A DNA stretch of 45,433 nt, counting the filler, from Jimgerdemannia flammicorona (Eukaryota), in NCBI GenBank assembly GCA_003990765.1. It is 2 parts of 2 records of this genome, joined end to end, with 100 filler letters (N's around TTAATTAATTAA, not from the genome) between each part and the next. Parts side by side here need not be neighbours in the genome. Positions count along the whole stretch, not along the records: positions 1 to 22,668 come from RBNJ01001230.1; 1 more part is not named here. The stretch is one strand, 5' to 3'. A model generated the notes under the pieces. That model was not told the origin of the DNA. It saw nothing but the letters and a program-made list of their open reading frames with translations, and did not search any database. The position numbers and the translations under genes are program-made. Every line of letters starts with the position of its first letter. Position 1 is the first letter of the stretch. Below, piece after piece: positions 1 to 10,569 of this stretch.

Positions 1-1225
1 TTTTTTTTTTTTAAAGTCACTTGGACTTCTACTTTATTACCTAATTACTAACCTATATTATGTATACCAATACAGATCCCCCCTCTCCATCTCTCCAGAA
101 TACTATTATCTCCCCAGGTACCCCAATCCTCTCTCTACTCTACTAGTATATTTTTTCTACCAGCCTTCTATTGAGCTCTCCTCCAGGGCCCCACTCCTTC
201 CATCAGCCATTTAATAGCTCCAACATCATCCACTCTCACCTTGCAATCCATACTCCAAGCACCAATTGTTATCTCTTCTCAAATATATATAGCCAATATC
301 TAGTAAGCCCAATCTAAATAACCAGTACCCACTCAAGAGTTAACCACTTATCTCCAACCCCTTCTACCAGCTGCTGCTGTAGCTCTCTCCATCTCCTCCC
401 CACTATAGGCTCTGGTAGGTGAACTTCCAAAAGACCTTCAATTGTTCTCCAAAAGTCTCTCATTATCTTATATTCCCCCAACCAATGCTCTGGGGTCTGT
501 ATCACCCCACTCTTCTGCCTGACATTGAAGCACTCTTTGTACTCCAATACTCTCCTATTTACCAAATATCCTGACCAATTGTTTAGCATCACATTTTGCC
601 ACAAGAGCCTCCACTATACTATCCAGAACTTGGAAATCCACCATGCTATCTGGTGGCTCTATGACTATACTCTATTCTAATCTCACTTCTCTCTAATCTC
701 CACCCCTTGCCATACTGTGGGTCACAGATTTTGCCCATGCTCCAAAGATACTTCATACTATCCTTTAGACTGAAATTATCTACTGGAGTACCTCCTAGCA
801 GAAAGCAGTCTCACCTCTACATTCTGAGTCTCCAGTCATTCTCCCCCTCATCACTCTGCCATCTGATACCAATTTGATGTGTGCTATCAATCATGCCCCA
901 CCAAAAACCCTTGAAGTGTATCTTCTGGCACTCCTTTAGCACTACTAAAGAAAGCAGATCACCAGACATGTCATGGAGAGAGAACCATATCTCTCATACT
1001 TTCTGCATAAGTAGTACCCACTCACAGCCCCTCAACTCACTAGCTTGCTTCAACCACCATACTTGCAAGCAATGTAGATGCTTGGCAAAGTCTACCAAAC
1101 CTAGTCCCCCCTGGTCTACCAGAAATGTTAACACCTCCCAGCCTATCTGACTCCTCCATCCTGCCCATATCTTGGTCCTGGTCATCTTCAACAGCCTCTT
1201 GACCACCCACACCAGAAAATCCAAG
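1..1225 (-). mobile_element. 5'-truncated L1/Tx1-like LINE (3' part of ORF2 plus poly-A tail), degenerate
   Basis: Poly-T at 1-12 is followed by AAAGTCACTTGGACTTT, matching the 3' end of the full-length LINE at 33909. Minus-strand peptides include GGLGLVDFAKHLHCLQVWWL (post-RT motif) and a decayed C-terminal zinc finger (ECFNV...QTPEHWLGEY). Many stops; CpG-depleted. Confidence 0.85.
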
Positions 1226-1267
1226 TAAAAATTATTTTACCATGACAGGAAGAAACACGCGGACTCA

Positions 1268-1288
1268 AAAAAAATAAAATAAAAATAA

Positions 1289-1340
<52 letters not shown>
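1268..1340. repeat. A-rich/poly-A tract
   Basis: Directly visible. Other long homopolymer runs lie near 3707-3745, 6192-6213 and 6479-6556. Confidence 0.95.
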
Positions 1341-1341
<1 letters not shown>

Positions 1342-1419
1342 CAGAATGGTAGAAATGGTGTCAGGACGGACTACCATTATTGAGTTCTTTTAATTAGAAA
1401 AGAGTTCAGTGAGGCAAAT

Positions 1420-1640
1420 AACTTTGGTGCTTGCATCCACTCCGAAATTGGTCACAAATAACCTCACTACCTGAATGTGTCCGGTGCTGTCCATCTCTGG
1501 CGCTGGAGTCAGTTTCGAGCAACCCCACGATCTTGACGCTTCCCCGACTTTCGTGGCGATATGGAGCGGAGTCCTGCCAAAACAGTCATCAGTGCTGACA
1601 ACCGTCGTATACTCGGTCACCAGCAGAATCAAACGCCTAG
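1420..1640 (-). pseudogene. ankyrin-repeat gene fragment
   Basis: Minus-strand translation LVTEYTTVVSTDDCFGRTPLHIATK...GHIQVVRLFVTNFGVDAS fits the ankyrin consensus (GxTPLHxA...GHxxVVRxL), preceded by a TTTCTAG acceptor. No complete gene could be reconstructed. Confidence 0.65.
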
Positions 1641-2053
1641 AAATAAAATAGTTAAAGTCGGATTCGCGGCAAACGGTACGTGTTGGTTCCCACGATGTGT
1701 CTCGTTGGAAGCGCTCTGTCGGTCAGTTGTTGATGCTATTGATGGAAGTGCCGTTGCGTGTAGTGCGCCTATCGAATTTTAGCAATTTTTTATTTAATGT
1801 CGACGGACAGGGACGAAAACTAAGAACGCCGGTCGGTAAATAACAGCATGCAATTGCCAGCAGGCAATCTCCTTGCCGTTTGCCGCGTAGTTTCAACCTT
1901 CTGCTACTTTTAAATTTCTGACCAATTTTGAGAATGGCGCAATTTTTTGTGCGAGCTGCAAGAGCGAGCTGCAAAAGCTTATGTTCTGGGTGACATCATC
2001 CGTAGTATCACGTGATACGAACATGTCAATAAATAGGACGTGCCTTTCCCCCC

Positions 2054-2112
2054 AATTTCCACATCAATTTCCATCTTCAATTTCCATCTTCAATTTCCAT
2101 CTTCAATTTTCC
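2054..2112. repeat. 13-bp tandem repeat (AATTTCCATCTTC) x3-4
   Basis: Directly visible. Confidence 0.85.
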
Positions 2113-2339
2113 ACAATGGTCGCCAACACTGAAGCTTTCGCACGTTGACGCGAAAAAAATTCATCACGTGATAAGACAACGTTTCACGGAGGTTCCCGGA
2201 TTTCTTAATTTGGAATGAACGGCCTCAGAATGGGTTTGCAAAATGGGCCAGTTTGCTTCCGCACCAATTTCCAGGTCGAAAGGCTACACTTTGACCTCTT
2301 AAGAGATAGCCGTTAATTACTGACGGTTTAGAAAATAAG

Positions 2340-2347
2340 TATATAAA
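2340..2347 (+). promoter_or_regulatory. TATA box of Cys-rich gene copy 1 (paralogous box at 4222-4229)
   Basis: AAATAAGTATATAAAG is conserved about 100-110 bp upstream of the ATG in both paralogues. Confidence 0.6.
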
Positions 2348-2443
2348 GTACCATGAGTTGCACCTCTAGTTCAATATCCTCGTTCGGTTCCACACAAAGC
2401 AAATCACCTTCACCGCTTCCTTCCAAACAAAGCAATGCTCGCC

Positions 2444-2864
2444 ATGGCCTACAAAAGTACCTGATTCTCCAGCGCTTTTGCCATGCTTACGGCAGTATTA
2501 GGTATTTACCTCTATCCACCTTTTCACTCGCTTCCAGTTAACGTTCAAAATGAAAATTGAAGCTAACCCTTTACGATTCGCTTCGCAACCAGCCGGACCT
2601 CTCCCTCCGCCCGACAGCGGCCCCGATGATTGCGCTGGCGTAAAATGCCACTCACCCTTCGTTTTGAATCTTGACACATGCAAATGCATCAAGGCTATTC
2701 CGCTGCCTTCGCCGTGCGCCAAAACCCTCTAGGGGTGTCTCAACGCTGGATTTGATGGCTTCGACAAGGTCAAATGTCTGTGCACCTCGATCACGATATG
2801 TATTGATGTCCACACTTGTCCTAAGGATCAAGTCTACAACTTTAACTTTTGCAAGTACATGTAA
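2444..2864 (+). pseudogene. small secreted cysteine-rich protein, copy 1 (signal-peptide exon, intron 2502-2562, three Cys modules)
   Basis: Exon 2 reads ANPLRF...DDCAGVKCHSPFVLNLDTCKC...PCAKTL*GCLNAGFDGFDKVKCLC...ICIDVHTCPKDQVYNFNFCKYM*. The internal TAG at 2730-2732 is CAG in copy 2. Exon 1 has TGA at 2462-2464. Confidence 0.75.
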
Positions 2865-3706
2865 AACAGTCCAAATGTGAATCCCCAGTGGGAAACCACA
2901 AGAGATTCCCCAAAGGATTAATGTACTCGCTTTTAGCCACCATTGTAGTTTCGTTAATTAGGGTATCGGAGTTTAGCGATATTATCCAGTATAAATTCAG
3001 ATTAGTATTAAAAGAAAATCAAAAACCAACACGTGCCTCCCTTCGTGAAAATGGATGTTGGGACAACGAAATCGAAGGCGGAATTTAGAGTATGTTTTTA
3101 TAAGACATACTAAAGGTAACAGTTGTTTGAAATAGCGCTACTTCAAGCAGCGACTAATGACCTACACGAGATTTAACGGAAAGACTCCTGTAGCCTATAG
3201 TAACTTACTTGATGATGATCTAGGTTGATATTGTTAGTCATAATTTTCCAATTCTCATTGAGATGGCGGTCATGCGGCTATGTATTCCGCATCTTTTAGG
3301 GTTCAAGTTCACATCTGCTGAAGTTTAATTCGAGGGTCATGTTTGGCGGAATATGCCTTGAAGTATTTATTATTATTATTGGAAGATAAGATAATGTCAG
3401 GTCTGTGAGGATATTTATTTGTAGAAATAGAAAACTGAATTTGTATAAGGTATTAGAATAAATTGTGAGAGATTTTTCCGACATCCCTATCAAGAGATTC
3501 TAAGGATAGGATGCAGCAAGCACTCTCATGTGATAGAAGCCTATGTTAGGAACAAAATCGTGAAGAAAGTGGAACAGATTACAATGTGAAGAATATAGTG
3601 CAATAGTAGGCTTTGATTTGTTTGGGGTTTATGACAGACTTGATTGTCGTCGTTCTGTGCCATAGTTTTTGGTATTACTGCCATTTGATCAGCTTTCTGC
3701 TGATTC

Positions 3707-3746
<40 letters not shown>

Positions 3747-4334
3747 ACTTCATATTCTCCTTATTGATGGCCACTGGTAGTGGTGGCGGAATTTGTCTTT
3801 CTGGGAATAGGTCTTCAATATTGGGGAATATCTTTTGCGTAGGCTGGCATACTGGATGGATTCATTGGTTTTCATTATCACACTATGTGACTCGCAATAT
3901 GACTTTAGACGTGAGGGTCATGTTCGGTTGCTATATATACCAAAATCGATCGACAGAGAGGGACAGTCCCGGCTTACGAATGCAGTTAAAATATATTGGC
4001 GTGATCCTCTGGATATTTCAGATACGTTTGATATGTGAATTCACTCACGTGATTGAACGACCTTTCTTAGTTCGGGCTTGGTGGTAGGACCGGTGTACAA
4101 CCCTATTAACAGCTCCGCACATCGCTAGTTGCCCGGTTTCCGCCAAAGTAGCATCGGCACCAATTTCTAGCTCAACATTTCGATGGAATCTATTTACGTA
4201 CTGGTAGTTCGCACAAATAAGTATATAAAGGGTCATGAATTGCACCTCAATTTCAATATCATCCTTCTGTCCATACAAAGCAAATCGCCATCACCGCTTC
4301 CTTCTGCACAAAACAAAGCACCACGCTAATCGCC

Positions 4335-4703
4335 ATGGCCTACAAAGGTACTTGTTCCTCTTCGCTACGCTTGCGGCAGTGTCAGGTATTTGCCACTCCA
4401 TCTTTTCACTCGTCTCCAGTCAACGTTCAAAACTGAAATTGAAGCTCACCCTGACCTCTCCTTCCGCCCGACAATGATAATTGCGATGGCCTAAAATGTC
4501 GCTCGCCTTTCATTTTGGTCTTCAAGACATACACCTGCAAGAAGCCGGCTACGCTGACCCCGCCGTGCACCAAAACCCTCCAGGGGTGTCTCGATGGCTT
4601 CGACAAGGCCAAATAACTGTGTACTTCGACCCCGATATGCATTGATGTTTACACTTTTCCTAAGGGCCAAGTCTACAACTTTGACGTTTGCAAGTGCGTG
4701 TAG
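4335..4703 (+). pseudogene. small secreted cysteine-rich protein, copy 2 (intron 4386-4444)
   Basis: Colinear paralogue of copy 1 from TATA box to 3' UTR. The hydrophobic stretch YLFLFATLAAVS is out of frame with the ATG, exon 2 has a 25-nt deletion, and TAA at 4614-4616 replaces a Cys. Confidence 0.75.
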
Positions 4704-6472
4704 ACAGTCCGAATATGAATCTCAGGCAGGAAACCGCTGTAGATGCCAAAGACTTCACCCGTCAAGCCCCGACTTGTATTCACTTTAGCCATTGTAATTT
4801 TATCACTATCATTGGATTGAGTTCGGAATGGTATTGAATAAAAGAAGTAAAAAAAAACAAACAAACGCGCGAATACCGACGGCTATTCTATGCAATATCG
4901 GATCTTTTCGAACAGTTTTGATAGGTGATTTCGCTTGGTAAACATGAGCAAGAAGTGGGTTTTAGGACAAAGTGAGCACACGGAAGTCGTCTACATGCAT
5001 CATAGCATTTGTAGGGTCCATGAACACGTCATTTGCGTTCTAATATTCAGTAATATTGCGATCGTGATAAGTCAACGGAATTAGATAAAGCTTATACAAG
5101 CCGCTCGATCATGTAATCGAAAATTTGTGGTAATAAATTAGACCGCACTACACAACAAATGCCAATAACAGTAACCTCCATGACATTGTTGAAGCTGCCG
5201 CAGGTGTGTCAAGTCCGGCGCGTTTCGCGACAACTGAATTCCGGGAGGTTCTTATCATTTTCAAGATGCGTCCACGTGTTCTTCGTCAAGGTGACTTTCC
5301 AAAACGTGTTTGGCGTGATTTTATGTTGGTAATCGAGTGGGTCCTGTATCTTGTTGTATCGGTAACATTCATGAATTTGTGTAGATAGTCATTATATCAT
5401 CACGTTAATTTCTCATATTCCGCGCGAATTGATATGCTTGAATGCCCGCCTCGTTGTCAAAACGCAGCAGTGGCCGCTAGCCCTGATATCTCTATACAAC
5501 GAGCTCGGTGCAAGGTTTGTGGATAGGATTGTGGCGCAGCAGTTAGTCTGTAAAGTCGCATCTATCGCTAGTAAAATCTGAAAAATGACCTATTACGGAT
5601 TCTTCCTGACGGTGCTCTTCTAGCTAATCCACCGGACTTTATTACTCCCATATTTATACGGCCTTTCTACCTCTCTGACTAATACTATAGATTACGTAAC
5701 GGTCGCCGCGTAAGCCTTATGGAAAGGCCTCGAGGATGCGCATAGAACTGTTCGGCTTGCGTAGAGTTGCGACCCGTTGTTCAACGTGGATTACACCACC
5801 ACCCCCTCAACCCCGGTAAAATTGCCCACCTCCCATCATCAGGTCTTTGTGAGCAAGTAGCTTGCGCAAAATATGATTCTTTGCTTGTTGTCCGTGGTGA
5901 CGAACTCTTAGATCTGGTCTAGAACTCTCGGCATAAATCGCAAGAACGTCAAACCTGAAATTGGGGCTGCATCAATTCGGGTACCTCTACACAAACCCCG
6001 TGTGCGCTTTGAATAGATTTTCGAACAGAAACAAGCACATTCACCCCTACACTCATTCGCCCCTACACTTACACCCATTAATATGTCTTTCACAGAACCC
6101 GGAAGAGCACCACCCCGCTTTCCCCGGAGCTGGAACCAACGAGGAAGCCGTGCCAGGGTGAGGAGCACGACCATTGTTATCAGAAAAAATGAAAAAAAAA
6201 AAAAAAAAAAAAATCAGATAGCTGGGCAAATCGCCTACCGACATGATAAACCGACTGAAAGTTTCACGGGAGAAAAGTCGCACGCCGCAGCCGGGGTTGG
6301 GCCTACGGTCCCCGTCGTCCGAGTTCGAGTCGTTGGCCATGCGATCCGAAGCCGCCGTCTAGATGACGGAGTACTGGAGATGATTTGAGGCAAGTGTGAG
6401 AAAAGGCTAAATTGAACGTGATTGATTCAGCTGCTAAAGTGAGCACGTGCACTACGTCGGGTCTATTCTCCA

Positions 6473-6559
<87 letters not shown>

Positions 6560-7050
6560 TTCTGTTTATGTCTATAATTGTGAATTATTTTGTGTAAAAA
6601 GGAAGGTGGAATAGAAATAAAAATAGCACAAGTTGGATTTATTGCAGAGAGCCATGTTTTGTTATTCAGAAAGAATTATAAATAAAATTAAAATTAAAAG
6701 GATGACACATTCCAAGTCGGTTCTTCTATTGGACTCCCAAGCTTTCTTTTATATTTGTCCTGGGAGGGGGGTGCATCGAGGCGGCATTCCTGACGATAGA
6801 GGGTGCTCGGAGCAAAGGCAGACACTAGGTGTCATCGTGATCGATTTGCATTAGATGAAGACGGCAAGGAGAACAAGACGGGGTAGTCTATATTCGTTGC
6901 GTTTTTTGTATTCTATCTTTCGAGAATCGAGTGAGGATGCTTTCCAACGCTTGAGAATTTGTAAGCTCGAATTTCACTATGGGTTGGCGTGGGCTTTGTG
7001 GTGCAGGTATTTGATGTAGGCTGTGAAAATTTCAATCGGTTTCATGATAT

Positions 7051-7495
7051 GGGGCGTGCTGCAACAAAACCAGACAAAGTGAGCAAGTGAGATGAAAAGA
7101 AAAATTCAAATTTCCTTCCTCACATTCATCTCGAATGGAGTCGCGGGGAACCAATCCTGGTGTCACAACTGCCAGGAGTTCTTTCGCAAGGTTATACCTT
7201 GTGTTATTGGCATCACAGCGAAAAGGAGGAAGTGGTTGGTGGTCGGATGAGAGGATGATGGAGGCCCCCGAAAGAGCAATATTCGCTGCCACGTTTGCAT
7301 CCCTTCCTCTAGTGGTGTGGTTGATCCTCCTTGCTGGGCACCGGGGATGGACGTATTCAATGGCACCATGCAAATGGATGACTCGTTCTTTTCCATCAAC
7401 TGTCCTATGAGCATGATGGAGAATGACTTTGGAGAAACAGAACAGGCATGTCTTCGAAGAATTGTACTCGTTTGTAATCGCTACATTATCGTAGC
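7051..7495 (-). pseudogene. Fanzor1 (eukaryotic TnpB-like nuclease), C-terminal RuvC-II / Zn-finger / RuvC-III fragment
   Basis: One open frame: VAITNEYNSSKTCLFCF...HGAIEYVHPRCP...RGRDANVAANIALSG...LPPF. This matches the TnpB/Fanzor ExxSSxxCxxC...C...RDxNAAxNI signature. The N-terminal part is missing. Confidence 0.88.
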
Positions 7496-7898
7496 AGTCC
7501 TACCTCTGCCTCCAACAGAACCCCTACTCAGGCCCCACCCAGCAGTGACCCTCCAGTTCTCCCAGGACTTGCCTTCCCCTTCTCCCCAGACCTGCCTCCC
7601 TGAGCACCACTAGGCCACCCCCCTGCCTTCACCTTGTCAGCAAAGCTCATGAGCCTCACTCCTCCACCACCTGCACCAGGTACTGGATGCCCTCCAGACC
7701 CCCCCCCTGCCCACTCATGCTGTGAAGAAACCCATACCCATGCTATACCCACATCTGACATACTGCCACCTGAAGGCCCCAGGTCCACCCAACCAAGCAC
7801 ACCTGTCTGAACTCTTGTGCAATGTCATGTTGCTAGTCTCTTTTCATGGAAAGTGTTGTAAAAGCTTGTGTAATGTGAATTGTAATGGAGAAAAGGTG
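7496..7898 (-). mobile_element. 5' fragment (5' UTR and ORF1 start) of the L1/Tx1-like LINE
   Basis: Minus strand CACCTTTTCTCCATTACAATTC...ATGACATTGCACAAGAGTTCAGAC matches the LINE 5' end at about 19517. Peptide SFADKVKAGGWP matches SFANKVKVGGWP in that copy. Confidence 0.85.
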
Positions 7899-8986
7899 GT
7901 CTGGTTTTGTTGCAGTACACCCCATATAAGAGGTTTAAACTGTGTCAGTATTTATACTCCTGAGGTATGGTATGCAGAGTGTGTTGAACCTAAATTGCAC
8001 TGTAGAGCGCGCGGATGCCTTATTTAAAGCATTGGAGATTCCGGTCGAAATGGCGAAAACTGAACACCATTATCATTCATTCCGGAATGCTTCTTTTTTC
8101 CATATTCAGCCACACAGACAAAGCTAACAAATACATTCACCAACGTGACGAATTGGAATGTTTGAACTTCACACTTCTACCTGCCTGCGGAAGGCAAATC
8201 AATATTTTGGATGTCAATTGTCAGAAAGAACCTGACACGCAGTCGCCTTGACACGCATTCGCCTTGATACGACCATGTGGCTTCCTAGGCATATCATTCT
8301 ATATTTCCCAAGATTACTGTGCAATCAAAATGAGCAAATTCTGCTTCCAAAGTGCTTAATGCGGTCGATGGCCTAGTTTCGCTATAGCCTTTGGTTTGGT
8401 TCCACGAGTGGGTTCGACGGTTTCGATTCCTCAGAATTTTGCTTGTCTATGAAAAAAAGGAGCACTTTTCCCCGGCAACTAGACGAGGTTTGAAACGAGT
8501 TGTGTTGACTATTCCCTTGTTCGGTTCTGTGGTTCGCTAAACTGGACAATGTTATACAACCAATGCGCGTAATAGATCTTGGCGTATTTTTAGATGTTCC
8601 CTATTCGTTGGCGATGGGTTGTCGCAGCTATTTTACTTAGCAAGTCACCCTTATCCCTTTATTCAACCCTTATTCCTTTATTCAAGCGAATTATAAACAC
8701 ATGTAGAGAGGTCCATTGTTATTGTTGATGTTGGGAAAGCCACTACATCATTTTTATCGCAACTACGATAATATTCGCGCTCAACTTATTTACAATCAAA
8801 GTTAATCTTAAGCCATTGGAGTTTCAAAAACGACCACAAAGGAGGTTGACAATTAGAGTATCCCGACAGGACTTACATAGCGATTAGGATCACAAACGAA
8901 GTTGGCCACCTGGTCGACGACTTTCCCGGCTTTCCCTATTCCATATTCGGGAGTTTGAGTGGGACTAGGCAGAATGGTAGTGGTCG

Positions 8987-9997
8987 TCAGAAATATAATA
9001 GATAAATCGCCGAACCGAAAACGAAAACGAAACCGAAACCGAGACCGAGACCGAGACCGAGACCGATCACCGTCGCTATATGATGCGTGGGTTGCGTGGG
9101 TTGCGTGGGTTGCGGAGCGATGATTAATTCGTCCATTCCATCTTCGGAGACCTCAAATTCCTCGCCAAATGTTATCGTGCGGTGGTAGTATGCAAGCTGA
9201 AATTTTCGAGGCCGCTGAAATCAAAATAAGGTTTCTGCCTCTTTTCAGAACATACGTCTGACAGTACGTGGCAAAGTCGAAGATGGCAACGTGGCCTTCT
9301 TTATCTGTTTGTTCCGCCCAGAGAGAGCCTCGCAGACCCCGCGACGAATGCGCTATACTTCTTGCTCTTCGACGAGCCCAATCGTCCGCCCTTATAGCCT
9401 GTATACGACCTTTGGTTCGGCCTCGACGATGATAGCACCGCCGACCCTTTGCCTTTCCCCAGCTGCAGGATCTGCTTCTCGTCCAGGTGCCCGTTGCCTA
9501 ACTCCGGCTTATTCCCGTCGTGGTCATGCCCGTCGTGGTTGGATAGGAGAGAAGGTACGACGGAGTAGCAGCAGTTCAACAGGGAGGATGCGTGTCTCGA
9601 GTTTCTGGAGGTGTGAGCAAAGATCTGTCCATGATATAGTGCTGGAAAGCAGGTCCTGGCCATCCGGAACGAACGGAACGATACTGGTCAATTTTCCGGC
9701 ACCGGTCGTGGCCCGAGTAGAAGATGAATGTTGAATCGGGTCCATACGCTTGGCGAGCGAGTCGATCGCCTCAAGTATGGCTTCTTGCGTTGCTTTTTCT
9801 CCCGTCAGGGTGGTCACTTAACTCTCAGGATAGGCGCACCGAGACTTGTCGGTCAGGACATGCTTGAATCAGTGTGCGTCGTTAATGGTGCTTTCGAATT
9901 TGAGGGCGATTTTGCCAATGATGTCGGGTGCCAGTGGCAATGAGGAGGGCGTCACCCTTTGTGAAGGAGTCCAGTTTGTTTCCTCAGTGGACGACAT
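8987..9997 (-). pseudogene. caspase-family (peptidase C14) protease of bacterial type with C-terminal hydrophobic tail; apparently intronless, frameshifted
   Basis: Ordered motifs across frameshifts: FTKGDALLIATG; TINDAH*FKHVLTD..CAYP..VTTLTGEKATQEAIL; STFIFYSGH (His 9708-9710); LLNCCYS (Cys 9571-9573); GKGSAVLSSSRPNQRSY; YSAF...EALSG; QKPYFDFSGLENFQLAYY. Confidence 0.85.
9011..9113. repeat. hexamer repeat (CCGAGA/CCGAAA/ACGAAA)n and 9-mer (TGCGTGGGT)x3, coding in the caspase tail
   Basis: Directly visible. The minus frame gives PQPTQPTQPT and GLGLGLGLGFGFVFVFG. Confidence 0.9.
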
Positions 9998-10569
9998 GGT
10001 ATTTGGGTTGAAAACGATAATCTAGGTGTTTTTAAAAAGCATGCACATGCCGAAGTCATACATGGCATGCGCAGGGTCAGGTTGATGGAGATGTTTTGAG
10101 TTACACGTCCTAAATTAGACGTAAATAAACAAAAAGTGAATTGGGAAATACACCGAAACCAAACTCGGCTGTGATGTTAAGTTCAAATGTGTATATACGT
10201 TCGAGTACTCCCTCCATTTGTCCATAGATAACAGTTTCTTCGAATCGTCGATGCTGCACTATGTTTTTGCTGCTCGGTATCCTTTTCCCGTTGATCTCTT
10301 GATCGTGCTTAGAAAATCGACCTTTCTATATAGTGTTTTACGAGGAACACAATCAAAACACCAACTTTGGATTATTCCAGTATGAACAAGTTTGTGGCTT
10401 GGATTGGTGGCGGACCCCGTGATATTTCTATCGCTTAAGTGAAGCGTCGCAAAACGACCACGTTTCATAGCGCGCTTTTTTACCTGAAATGAACGAAATT
10501 CTGAAATCTGGAACTTGAAATCTCTCCTCCCTATTTTATTACTAATGGTAAGGCCCACGTAAGGGTGCT

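Larger units (their letters stand above)
7051..7923 (-). mobile_element. internally deleted TIR DNA transposon carrying a Fanzor remnant
   Basis: Inverted repeats GGGGCGTGCTGCAACAAAACCAGAC (7051-7075) and GTCTGGTTTTGTTGCAGTACACCCC (7899-7923) are 23/25 identical, each flanked by ATAT. Confidence 0.85.

Noticed and set aside
3541..6597. Poly-Lys/poly-Phe ORFs
   Set aside because: Translations of homopolymer tracts with no family motif.
5000..7030. Host gene on the minus strand
   Set aside because: Some exon-like pieces are present, but no consistent splice model or recognisable domain.
7051..7495. Active Fanzor gene at this locus
   Set aside because: The N-terminal lobe and RuvC-I are deleted, and one Zn-finger Cys position reads Tyr.
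8987..9997. Bacterial contaminant contig
   Set aside because: It is contiguous with spliceosomal-intron genes and eukaryotic transposons, and is pseudogenised like its neighbours.
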